A stretch of DNA of 54,913 nt, taken from IMG/VR virus record IMGVR_UViG_3300049489_000585, positions 1 through 54,913 of that record. The stretch is one strand, 5' to 3'. The DNA is from a virus. Taxonomy: Duplodnaviria; Caudoviricetes. Numbering within the stretch: position 1 is the first letter of the stretch; each line of letters opens with the position of its first letter. Positions 47,645 through 54,823 of the stretch are shown here, piece after piece. Both the position numbers and the translations under genes were made by a program. The notes under the pieces are model-generated. The model searched no databases, was not told the origin of the DNA, and was given only the letters and a program-made list of their open reading frames with translations.

Positions 47645-48928
47645 TCAGCCGACTTTGCGGTCTTTCGACTTGCGCAAGTCATTGATTTTCAACACGTGCG
47701 CACCGCGGGAACGGGTTGTGATTCTGGTCGTCGTGGGTTCGAGTCCCATCAGCCACCCCACCCTATGAGAATCGGCCACTTCGGGGGCCTTTTTCTTGGC
47801 CGGCTCGGACGGCACTTGTCGCGCCGTTGTCGCAGGCCCGATGTTCCCGGCCCATGCCGCGACGTGGCTCGGCGCCAAGTGGGCGTAGCGCTGCAGCATG
47901 TCGGCCGAAGCCCAGCCGCCGAGTTCCTGCAGGGCGCTGTCAGGCGTTCCGGCCATGCGGTGCCAGCTGGCCCAGGTGTGCCGCAGGTCGTGCCAGCGCA
48001 GCGTGGGTAGCCCGGCCCGAATGCAGGCCTTGCGCCAGGCCGCGCTGCTGGCCTTGCCGGTGGGCATCTCCCAGGTCAGCCGCGGCTTGTCCTCCGGCCG
48101 GCGCTTCTTGGTCCACCGCGGGGCCGGGAACACCCAGCGCTTGTGCATGCCCTGCTGGCCGCGCAGCACGTCCATGGCGTCGGGGTTCAGCGGCACCGAG
48201 AGCGCCTTGCCGGCCTTGGCCTCGTCGGCGTGCACCCAGGCGGCCGCCCGCGGCAGGTCGACCTCTGACCACTGCAGCAGCCGGACGTTGCTCTCGCGCA
48301 GGCCGGTGGCCAGCGCGAAGCGGGCCATGGCGCGCAGGTGGTCCGGCAACTCGGCCAGCAGCGCCAGCGCTTGCTCGTGCGTGATCCAGTTCGTGCGGCC
48401 CTCGGGCTCGTGCAGCTTGGGCACCGGGGGCGGCGCCGGCAGCCAGCCGCGCAGTTGGGCGTGCTTCAGGATGCGCGACAGGTCGCTCAGGTAGCGGTTG
48501 ACGGTGGCCGGCGACAGCATGCGCGGCGCCGGTGGCCTCTCTCCGGCAGCCTTGGCGGCCTCGATGTCGGCGGCGTTCGCCGGCTCGGCCTGGCGCTCGC
48601 TGCTGATCTTGCGCACCATGTCGGCGGTGATGCCGGCCAGCGGCTTGCCGATCAGGCGGGCGGACAGCCAGCGGAGGTTCCGCTTGGCCTCCTCGAGGCT
48701 GCGCAGGTGCTGGTGCTCATCCAGCCACGACAGGACCGCTTCGTCCCAGGTGTGGGACGGCGCCTCACCTAGACGGTGCTGCCGCCACTGATCGCGGTAA
48801 GCCGTGGCGGCCCACTCCTTCGCCGCGGCTTCGTCCGTGGTGCCAGTGCTGCGGACAAAGCGCCGGCCGTCCTGGGCGGTGAAATCGACCCACCAGGTGC
48901 CGCGCTTGCCTCGTCGGTAGACCCGCAT
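47645..48928 (-). CDS. int: Phage tyrosine integrase
   Basis: STGT, ATVNRYL, TGLRESN, HDLRHTWASW, LGGW, RYAH. Confidence 0.95.
   Translation of the reverse strand: MRVYRRGKRGTWWVDFTAQDGRRFVRSTGTTDEAAAKEWAATAYRDQWRQHRLGEAPSHTWDEAVLSWLDEHQHLRSLEEAKRNLRWLSARLIGKPLAGITADMVRKISSERQAEPANAADIEAAKAAGERPPAPRMLSPATVNRYLSDLSRILKHAQLRGWLPAPPPVPKLHEPEGRTNWITHEQALALLAELPDHLRAMARFALATGLRESNVRLLQWSEVDLPRAAAWVHADEAKAGKALSVPLNPDAMDVLRGQQGMHKRWVFPAPRWTKKRRPEDKPRLTWEMPTGKASSAAWRKACIRAGLPTLRWHDLRHTWASWHRMAGTPDSALQELGGWASADMLQRYAHLAPSHVAAWAGNIGPATTARQVPSEPAKKKAPEVADSHRVGWLMGLEPTTTRITTRSRGAHVLKINDLRKSKDRKVG
47716..47760 (+). other. attP: attP core = 3' half of tRNA-His(GTG)
   Basis: TTGTGATTCTGGTCGTCGTGGGTTCGAGTCCCATCAGCCACCCCA gives the anticodon loop, T-arm, acceptor strand and CCA. 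The 5' half is absent. Confidence 0.9.
47774..47797 (+). terminator. Terminator for reconstituted tRNA
   Basis: GGCCACTTCGGGGGCC followed by TTTTTCTT just after the CCA. Confidence 0.6.
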
Positions 48929-49122
48929 TCGTCCTTGCTCCCTGCCGCTGGCGGCCGATGGTACTGGGTGCGCACCCACTCGATCAGATCCTCGTCGATG
49001 AACAGCCACGCCCGCCCGACCTTGGTCGCCGGCAGCCCGCGGCGCTCGATGGCCTCGGTGACGGTGTCCGGGTGCGCCTTCAGCATCTTGGCGGCGCGGG
49101 TGAGGGTGAGGATGCGGGCCAT
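48769..49122 (-). CDS. xis: Excisionase-like HTH protein
   Basis: LTLTRAAKMLKAHPDTV...GLPATKVGRAWLF. Overlaps the int start. Confidence 0.8.
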   Translation of the reverse strand: MARILTLTRAAKMLKAHPDTVTEAIERRGLPATKVGRAWLFIDEDLIEWVRTQYHRPPAAGSKDECGSTDEASAAPGGSISPPRTAGALSAALAPRTKPRRRSGPPRLTAISGGSTV

Positions 49123-49124
49123 GG

Positions 49125-50222
49125 TCAGACCAGCGAGTCCAGCGGGCTGCGCACGCACATGCCGCCCTGCTTGGCCGGCAGGACGTGGGTATAGATCATC
49201 GTGGTCTCCAGATCGGCGTGGCCGAGTAGGGCCTGAATCGTGCGGATGTCGTACCCGTCCTGCAGCAGGTGGGTGGCAAAGGAGTGCCGCAATGTGTGCG
49301 GGGTGGCGCGCTTCATGATCCCGGCGCCGGCCACGGCCCGGGCCATCAGGCGCTGGATGCCGTCCTCGTGAAGGTGGTGGCGCCTGACAAGGCCAGTCCG
49401 CGGGCACGTGACGTAGGTGTCGGTGGCGAAGATCCACTGCCAGCGGATGTCCTGCCCGGCCCGCGGGTACTTCAGGTGCAGCGCGTGCGGAAGCTCGACG
49501 TCGGCCCGGCCGGCAGTGAGGTCGACCTGGTGCAGCGCCTTGCGCGCTTCCATCACCTCGCGCAGCTGGCCGGCCAGCGATCGCGGCAGCATGACGGTTC
49601 GATCCTTGGCGCCCTTGCCGTCGCGGACGGTGATGCTGCTCGACTCGATGTCCGCGTCCTGCATGCGCAGGCGCAGACCTTCCGTCAGCCGCAGGCCAGC
49701 GCCGTACAGCAGGCGCAACACCAGGCCGCGGATGTTGGCCTGCGGGATCTGCAGCCACAGGCGCGCCACCTCGTCCCGAGTGAGCACGACCGGCAACTTC
49801 TGCGGCTGCTTGGCGCGCACGATTCCCTCGACCCATGGCAGCTCGACCTGCAGGGCTTGCTGGTACAGGAAAAGCAGCGCGGCCAGGGCCTGGCGCTGGG
49901 TGCTGGCCGACACGTCGCGCACCTGGGCAAGATGCGTGAGGAACTGCGACACCTCCGGCGCGCCCATCTCGAGCGGGTGGCGCTTGCCGGACCACAGCAC
50001 GAACTGGCGCGTCCAGTGCCAGTAGGCCTGCTCCGTACGGCGCGAATAGTGTTTGGCCCTGATCGCGCCGACCACCAGGTGGCGCAGGTGGCCAGGCTCA
50101 CCCGGCTGCGGCTCACTCGCGGATGCAGGAACGCTGCTGCGGGCCAGCCCATCTCCGCGAGCCAGCGCGACAGCGCGGCGCGTAACGGGCTGGCAGGTCG
50201 GCGGTGCTTGGAGGATGGCCAT
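49125..50222 (-). CDS. intI: Integron integrase
   Basis: HYSRRTEQAY, STQRQALAALLFLY, LPVVLT, LLYGAGLR, GKGAKDR, IntI-specific insertion LPHAL..KYPRAG...WQWIF...RRHH, HTLRHSFATHLL, LLGH.D..TTMIYTHV, RSPLD. Confidence 0.97.
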   Translation of the reverse strand: MAILQAPPTCQPVTRRAVALARGDGLARSSVPASASEPQPGEPGHLRHLVVGAIRAKHYSRRTEQAYWHWTRQFVLWSGKRHPLEMGAPEVSQFLTHLAQVRDVSASTQRQALAALLFLYQQALQVELPWVEGIVRAKQPQKLPVVLTRDEVARLWLQIPQANIRGLVLRLLYGAGLRLTEGLRLRMQDADIESSSITVRDGKGAKDRTVMLPRSLAGQLREVMEARKALHQVDLTAGRADVELPHALHLKYPRAGQDIRWQWIFATDTYVTCPRTGLVRRHHLHEDGIQRLMARAVAGAGIMKRATPHTLRHSFATHLLQDGYDIRTIQALLGHADLETTMIYTHVLPAKQGGMCVRSPLDSLV

Positions 50223-50229
50223 GGCGTCG

Positions 50230-50270
50230 GGTGTTACACCGCAGATCCTGCGGTCGAATTGAAGTTAGGC
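50230..50270 (+). other. attI: attI site
   Basis: Core G|TTAGGC at 50264 is not part of an attC hairpin. Upstream TGTTACACCGCAG resembles the attI1 accessory repeat at similar spacing. Confidence 0.8.
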
Positions 50271-50518
50271 GTCTCAACGCGCTCCCACCAGCCGCCCCAC
50301 TCAGCAGGCGTCAGTCTGTCGGCGTGCAAGTGTTCGTGCGGCTGGCAGCACTTCAGCTTGCGCGGCATGTAGTCGTTCGGCCTATCGCCTTGCAAGCGCG
50401 GCGCGCTGGCGTTGGTGTAGCCAACGAACAGCACTTGTTCGCGCATGCGTCCGAGCACGTCGCTATAGCGGTTCCGGTAGGTGCCAACCTCGGTCGGCAA
50501 GGTCTTTGTGTACGCCAT
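50234..50518 (-). CDS. Cassette 1: hypothetical protein
   Basis: AAGGAG RBS. Reads through attI and stops 11 nt before the intI ATG. Confidence 0.7.
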   Translation of the reverse strand: MAYTKTLPTEVGTYRNRYSDVLGRMREQVLFVGYTNASAPRLQGDRPNDYMPRKLKCCQPHEHLHADRLTPAEWGGWWERVETPNFNSTAGSAV

Positions 50519-50564
50519 CGCTTTCTCCTTTGTTCGCTGGCCTGGGTCACGCGCCGGTGGCAAC

Positions 50565-50630
50565 GCCTAACCCGTCGTCCGACCTGACAGCCCCGGCAAG
50601 CCGGGTCTGCAGGTCAACTTTGCGTTAGGG
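50565..50630 (+). other. attC: attC1 (66 bp)
   Basis: GCCTAAC...GTTAGGG. ACGCCTAAC pairs with GTTAGGCGT at attI. Confidence 0.92.
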
Positions 50631-50631
50631 C

Positions 50632-51381
50632 TCAAAACCCCATGCCCTGCTGCTCCGGCACGGGCTGCGCCAAATCGAGCAGGGAACCTTGCGCGTAAGC
50701 GGCTTCTATCCGCTGGCACGCCAAATCGAAGGCAGCGCGGTCAACCTCGCAGCCTATGAACTTCCGCCCAGCGCGGGCACATGAAACGCCAGTCGTTCCT
50801 GCGCCCATGTGCGTGTCCAGCACCGTGTATCCGGGCCGCGAGTAGTCCGCCACCAGCGCATCCATCAGCAGGGTCGGCTTGCCACCCATGCGGGCCTTGT
50901 CGTTCCAGCCAGGCCCGGCCACGTAGCCGCCCGGCAGCGTGCCCCACTTCATCTGCGCCTTGGTGCGCGCCACCACAATCCAGTCCGTCCACGAGCTGGG
51001 GCCGTCACCACTCAGGCGCACAGCGCGCCCCGGCTGGTAAAAGGGCAGCGGTGCAAACGCATAGCGCCCGGCCTTCTCCAGCGCGGTGCGCACAGCCAGC
51101 GCCAAGTCGCTGTCGGTCATCCACACCACCCAGCCGCTGCACACCCGCGTGTACTGCTCGGCAAAGTACGCCACGTCTTCAAGCGTCAGCGCGCGGTAGC
51201 CCAGGGCCTGCCGTTCGGCGCTGTCGCGTGCTTTCGAGGCACCGGCATCGTGGCCCGCGTGGCACCGTTCGCTGTAGGGCGGGTCGGTTATCACCGCGTC
51301 CACGCTGGCAAGCGTGGGCAGCACTTCGCGGCAATCACCGCGGTGCAGTGTGGCTTGCCCAATGGTCACGGTCTCCAGCAT
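50632..51381 (-). CDS. Cassette 2: N6/N4 DNA methyltransferase (beta class)
   Basis: GDC.EVL, ITDPPY, KP, VLDTHMGAGTTG, FIGCE. Confidence 0.92.
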   Translation of the reverse strand: MLETVTIGQATLHRGDCREVLPTLASVDAVITDPPYSERCHAGHDAGASKARDSAERQALGYRALTLEDVAYFAEQYTRVCSGWVVWMTDSDLALAVRTALEKAGRYAFAPLPFYQPGRAVRLSGDGPSSWTDWIVVARTKAQMKWGTLPGGYVAGPGWNDKARMGGKPTLLMDALVADYSRPGYTVLDTHMGAGTTGVSCARAGRKFIGCEVDRAAFDLACQRIEAAYAQGSLLDLAQPVPEQQGMGF

Positions 51382-51405
51382 TCGTTGTCCTCGTAGCAAA
51401 TACAG

Positions 51406-51464
51406 CCCTAACAGGTCGCTCAAACGGACGGGCCTACGGCCCGCCGTTTAGCTTTGCGTTAGCC
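51406..51464 (+). other. attC: attC2 (59 bp)
   Basis: CCCTAAC...GTTAGCC. AGCCCTAAC pairs with GTTAGGGCT. Confidence 0.92.
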
Positions 51465-51922
51465 CGCTCAAGCGGATCCAGCACAAATTCCGCGATGTGA
51501 CGGCCGGTGCCCTTTCCTGCGGATCCGTCCTCGGTCGCAAGCCAGCGCACGTCGCCCAGGTTGCGTACCTTCGCGCCCTCGGCCAGCAGCATCAGCACCC
51601 ACTTGTCTATCGGGTACACCAGCACCACGCGCTTGCCCTTCTTGGCTTCGGCAATCGCCTTCCGGGCCCAGGCCGTCGGCCCCTTCTTCTTCCCCTGGTG
51701 CATCACGGATCCAAAGGGCGGGTTGACGTAGTTACTTTCGCCCCACTCGCACGTAAGGCCGTCGAACTCGGGCGGCTTCGGGTAAGGGCACGGGTCGAAG
51801 GTGAAGCTGTAGCGCGCGTGCAGGTCTGCGAACAAATCCGGCGGCGTCAGCCAGTAGTGCTTGCCATCGTCGCCGTTGCCAGCGTGGAACTTGTTTGCGT
51901 CAGGTGCTAGGTTGTTTGCCAT
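51434..51922 (-). CDS. Cassette 3: phage Dam-like N6-adenine methyltransferase
   Basis: WLTPP, FDPCP, DGL..EW, YVNPPF. Stop lies inside attC2. Confidence 0.85.
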   Translation of the reverse strand: MANNLAPDANKFHAGNGDDGKHYWLTPPDLFADLHARYSFTFDPCPYPKPPEFDGLTCEWGESNYVNPPFGSVMHQGKKKGPTAWARKAIAEAKKGKRVVLVYPIDKWVLMLLAEGAKVRNLGDVRWLATEDGSAGKGTGRHIAEFVLDPLERANAKLNGGP

Positions 51923-51947
51923 CGTTCTCTCATTTGTTGTTGCAGCG

Positions 51948-52001
51948 GGCTAACCCGCCGCTGAACCGGACTGAGTACAGCCGGTTAGCTGCACGTTCGG
52001 C
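51948..52001 (+). other. attC: attC3 (54 bp)
   Basis: GGCTAAC...GTTCGGC. AGCGGGCTAAC pairs with GTTAGCCCGCT. Confidence 0.92.
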
Positions 52002-52009
52002 TTCATGCC

Positions 52010-52354
52010 TCAGTTCGCCATGTCGGCGGCAGCCAGCACAATCGCGCGCCTCGTGGCGGCCCGCGGGTCCGTTCCCCACAGCACATCGTGCGCCACAGCC
52101 TCGCCGTCAAAGGCAACGCCGGCCACCGTCACCGCGCCCTCGGTCAGAGTCTGCGCAATGTCTAGTTCCAGCGTCACGGCAAGGTCCAGCGCCTGGCCGC
52201 TGTCGGTCAGAGGGTTCCACCACGTCGCGTGCGTCAGCCACAGTGAGGGCTCGTTCGGCATCTCGGCCTCACGCTCGCTCTGCTTGCGTGCGTTCAGTCC
52301 GTAGCCGGCGGCTTGCGCGGCCTTCAGCAGCAGTTCTTTGTCCGTCAGCATCAT
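52010..52354 (-). CDS. Cassette 4: phage hypothetical protein (possibly NinX/ABA-sandwich-like)
   Basis: WNPLTDSGQALDLAV...ATRRAIV.AAA. AGGAG RBS. Confidence 0.75.
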   Translation of the reverse strand: MMLTDKELLLKAAQAAGYGLNARKQSEREAEMPNEPSLWLTHATWWNPLTDSGQALDLAVTLELDIAQTLTEGAVTVAGVAFDGEAVAHDVLWGTDPRAATRRAIVLAAADMAN

Positions 52355-52387
52355 CTCGCTCCTTTGAATTCACGCGCTCCGGCCGCA

Positions 52388-52439
52388 GCCGAACTACTCG
52401 CTCAAGCCGACCTTCGGCGGCTTAGCTCGAACGTTATGC
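52388..52439 (+). other. attC: attC4 (52 bp)
   Basis: GCCGAACTACTCGCTCAAGCCGACCTTCGGCGGCTTAGCTCGAACGTTATGC, a typical top-strand attC pattern. Confidence 0.92.
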
Positions 52440-52440
52440 A

Positions 52441-52851
52441 TCAGTAACCCGGGTAGTTGCGCTCGGCCTGCGCATCGTTGTGCTTGCTCCAATACTCTGC
52501 CTTCGCCGTGGTGTAGCTCCACTCGTTGCGCCCGTCTTCAGGCCCAGCCACCGTGTACGGTCCGAACTCACTTTGCACATTCCTTGCCCGCAGCGCCGAC
52601 AGAATGCAAGCCGGGCAATCGTTCGCAGCCTCACACATCGCCTTGAACCCACTCGCATCCAGCAGGCGCAGCAGTTCATCGCGCGGCGGCGCTGGCTCTG
52701 GCCCGCCATCGTCGTGCAGATTGGCGCACATGCCGCACACACGCTGCGGGTTCAGCGTGCAGCCGCGCTCGTGGCGCTTCATTGCGCTCGGGCTTCCGTT
52801 GCCCTTGTTGCAGTGGTCGCAGTAGTAGCGCGGCCTCATTGCGGTTCTCAT
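52441..52851 (-). CDS. Cassette 5: zinc-finger protein
   Basis: CDHC...H...C...C..C, CPAC. GAGGA RBS. Confidence 0.78.
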   Translation of the reverse strand: MRTAMRPRYYCDHCNKGNGSPSAMKRHERGCTLNPQRVCGMCANLHDDGGPEPAPPRDELLRLLDASGFKAMCEAANDCPACILSALRARNVQSEFGPYTVAGPEDGRNEWSYTTAKAEYWSKHNDAQAERNYPGY

Positions 52852-52878
52852 GCTTGTCCTCTCCGTTCACCAACTGAT

Positions 52879-52936
52879 GCATAACCCTTCGCTCGAACGG
52901 ACGGCCTACGGCCGCCGTTCAGCTCCCACGTTAGCC
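52879..52936 (+). other. attC: attC5 (58 bp)
   Basis: GCATAAC...GTTAGCC. ACTGATGCATAAC pairs with GTTATGCATCAGT. Confidence 0.92.
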
Positions 52937-52946
52937 AGACACATGC

Positions 52947-53294
52947 TCACTTCAGTATCTGGCGAAGAGCCCAGTACTCGGGGTTGACGATGGCGGTCAT
53001 GGCATCGCTGAACACCAGGCCGCCAATCAGCGCGGTAAGCCCGCAAACGATGCCGACGCCAATCCAAGCAAGGCCGCGGTCAAACTCATCGTTCCATTCG
53101 GGCCTATCACCAGATGTTTTCCTGCCCACAAAGCGCGCGACCCACACGCACGCAGCAGCCCACGCGGTCAACACCACCAAGTCAAGCGCGCCAGAGAGCG
53201 GAGCCTGCTTCACCAGCACGCCCCACAGATACTCCGCCGTTGTGCCGAGTTTGTTTGCCAGCGCCGTCACGGCCTGCAAGGTCTTGTCGTCCAT
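52947..53294 (-). CDS. Cassette 6: two-TM membrane protein
   Basis: LA.KLGTTAEYLW.VL.KQA, two hydrophobic helices, NPEYWAL. Confidence 0.78.
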   Translation of the reverse strand: MDDKTLQAVTALANKLGTTAEYLWGVLVKQAPLSGALDLVVLTAWAAACVWVARFVGRKTSGDRPEWNDEFDRGLAWIGVGIVCGLTALIGGLVFSDAMTAIVNPEYWALRQILK

Positions 53295-53331
53295 GTCATT
53301 CCTATTCGCATGCCAGCATTTCACCAGTGCT

Positions 53332-53394
53332 GGCTAACTGGCGCATGCAGCGGACTCGCCCTAGCGGGCTCGCGCGCTGATGCTGTCGTTCGGC
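53332..53394 (+). other. attC: attC6 (63 bp)
   Basis: GGCTAAC...GTTCGGC. CTGGCTAAC pairs with GTTAGCCAG. Confidence 0.9.
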
Positions 53395-53395
53395 C

Positions 53396-53713
53396 TCAAG
53401 TTCCAACCTTGTCGGCCGTCCCCTTCCAGGTGAATTCGCCATCGGCGCCCACCGGGAAGTGCGCGCGGCAGATGGCGCAGAACGTGCCGCTGTAGAAGGC
53501 GGGCTCGCGGGCATAGGTCTCGGCCAGCGCCAGGCCCATCGTCGTCACGCCGCCGCACTTTTCGTGCACGTAGGACTGGCGCACGGGCCGCACAAAGCCC
53601 TTCGCGCGCTCTTCGGCGCTCAGCACCACGTAGCCCTTCTGCTGCCCCGTGGCCGGGTCAATCTCGCGGTGGTCGGGCGTGACGGGCGAACCGTCTGTCA
53701 GCGTGGTGTTCAT
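53396..53713 (-). CDS. Cassette 7: zinc-ribbon hypothetical protein
   Basis: KGFVRPVR.SY.H.KCG, TFC..C..HFPV. Confidence 0.78.
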   Translation of the reverse strand: MNTTLTDGSPVTPDHREIDPATGQQKGYVVLSAEERAKGFVRPVRQSYVHEKCGGVTTMGLALAETYAREPAFYSGTFCAICRAHFPVGADGEFTWKGTADKVGT

Positions 53714-53926
53714 TGCTTCTCCGCAAGCTCGAAATTGAAGGCGCCGCCTTCGATGTTGAAAGAACAGACGAAACGCCCGGTCTCGTCCACCTCTTGCGCC
53801 GGAATCGACACCTTGCTGCCCAGCCTGCGCAGCAGCGCAATCAGAAGCTGGTCCTTGAAGTCGTCGATCACGTCCGCGTGCAGCCCAGCGCCAGCGGCGC
53901 GAGCGGCATCAGTTCCCTTGCCCATG
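53710..53926 (-). CDS. Cassette 7: hypothetical protein
   Basis: AAAGGA RBS before ATG 53926, ATGA coupling. Confidence 0.7.
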
Positions 53927-53953
53927 TCAGTCCTTTCGCGTCGGCGCATTGAG

Positions 53954-54054
53954 GCCGAACCCTTCGTTCCACCGGACAAGCCCCGGCGGGTGGCATTGGC
54001 GCAATGACCTACTTGGTCAGCGCCGGGTCTTGCCGGTGAACTCCGACGTTAGGC
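53954..54054 (+). other. attC: attC7 (101 bp)
   Basis: GCCGAAC...GTTAGGC. TTGAGGCCGAAC pairs with GTTCGGCCTCAA. Confidence 0.9.
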
Positions 54055-54269
54055 GTCTTGCTGTCATCGAAGCCGTGCTCCACGGCTCGCCAGTCGCCGC
54101 GCCTGGCTTCGCGCATGTCCAGCGCGCGGAATTCGGCCGTGATCTGCCTGCGGAACTTGCGCGCCGCGTTCACATCGGCAGTCACGGTCATGTTCACCTG
54201 ACAGGCCATGTAGAGCCCGGTGGACTTCCCGTCCTTGGTGAAGTTCTCCACCAGCCACGAGTACGTCAT
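54009..54269 (-). CDS. Cassette 8: hypothetical protein
   Basis: GAGGA RBS. Stop lies inside attC7. Confidence 0.7.
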   Translation of the reverse strand: MTYSWLVENFTKDGKSTGLYMACQVNMTVTADVNAARKFRRQITAEFRALDMREARRGDWRAVEHGFDDSKTPNVGVHRQDPALTK

Positions 54270-54484
54270 GAGTAGTCCTCGTCAAAGTTGCACGGCACCG
54301 TCCACTGCTTGCCGCAGCGGCTGCACTCGATGATGTCGTGATCGTCTATTACGCCGCAGCAGTCCACAGTGCGCGGCGCCGGGCATCTTTGCAGGTGCTT
54401 CTGGCAAAGCTCGGGCTTCTCGGCATCGTGCAGGCTGCACCCGCCTTTGATACGGCCACCTTCGTAGCGCTTAGGCGTCGTCAT
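54266..54484 (-). CDS. Cassette 8: small Cys-rich protein
   Basis: Multiple Cys, ECSRCGKQW..PCNFDEDYS, overlaps neighbours. Confidence 0.6.
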   Translation of the reverse strand: MTTPKRYEGGRIKGGCSLHDAEKPELCQKHLQRCPAPRTVDCCGVIDDHDIIECSRCGKQWTVPCNFDEDYS

Positions 54485-54746
54485 ACAGGTCGTATCGCTG
54501 GCAAAGCGCGTCCATGTCAAGCCGGGCGCGCTGCGTCACCAGTTCGCGTCCGTCACGAAATACCACGCAGCGGTAGCGCTGGCCCGGACGAATCTTCCAC
54601 TTGTCGGCCTCAACGCCTTCAAGCACCAGCCGCTCGTCAGCAGTTACGGCATCGCGCGGCTGGCCGTAACTGCGCCACATTTCGCTGGCGTCGCAGTCGT
54701 AGAACTTGCGCGCGGTTCTCACTTCGTCTTTCAGTACCAATACCAT
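54471..54746 (-). CDS. Cassette 8: hypothetical protein
   Basis: GAGGAG RBS. RTARK.Y.CDA...I.PGQRY. Confidence 0.72.
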   Translation of the reverse strand: MVLVLKDEVRTARKFYDCDASEMWRSYGQPRDAVTADERLVLEGVEADKWKIRPGQRYRCVVFRDGRELVTQRARLDMDALCQRYDLYDDA

Positions 54747-54769
54747 CGTTTGCTCCTCTGCGCCACGAC

Positions 54770-54823
54770 GCCTAACCCGTCATTCGAGCCGACCGTTCCG
54801 GCGGCTCAATTCCCACGTTGTGC
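54770..54823 (+). other. attC: attC8 (54 bp)
   Basis: GCCTAACCCGTCATTCGAGCCGAC...CGGCTCAATTCCCACGTTGTGC. GACGCCTAAC pairs with GTTAGGCGTC. Confidence 0.93.

Larger units (their letters stand above)
47621..47835 (+). repeat. Integrase arm-type repeats flanking attP core
   Basis: ACTTGTCCCGCCGTTGTCCCGC (47621-47642) and ACTTGTCGCGCCGTTGTCGCAG (47814-47835). Confidence 0.7.
128..54819. mobile_element. Complete circularly permuted temperate phage genome (siphovirus-like, Mu-like head module, lambdoid early region), excised form
   Basis: Full set of head, tail, lysis, replication, recombination and integration genes. The window end (54815-54913) repeats 123-221, closing the circle. The attP is intact and no host housekeeping genes are seen. 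Confidence 0.93.

Noticed and set aside
47700-47760. Functional phage tRNA-His gene
   Set aside because: Only the anticodon loop to CCA is present. The 5' acceptor strand and D-arm are missing, so it is an attP core.
49125-50270. Clinical class 1 integron or resistance cassettes
   Set aside because: The IntI and attI clearly differ from IntI1/attI1, and there are no qacE, sul1, tni or resistance genes.
50565-54823. CRISPR array, REP elements or plain terminators as explanation for the recurring hairpins
   Set aside because: The repeats are non-identical, separated by whole genes, lack U-tails, and show AAC...GTT ends with cassette-end complementarity next to an IntI.
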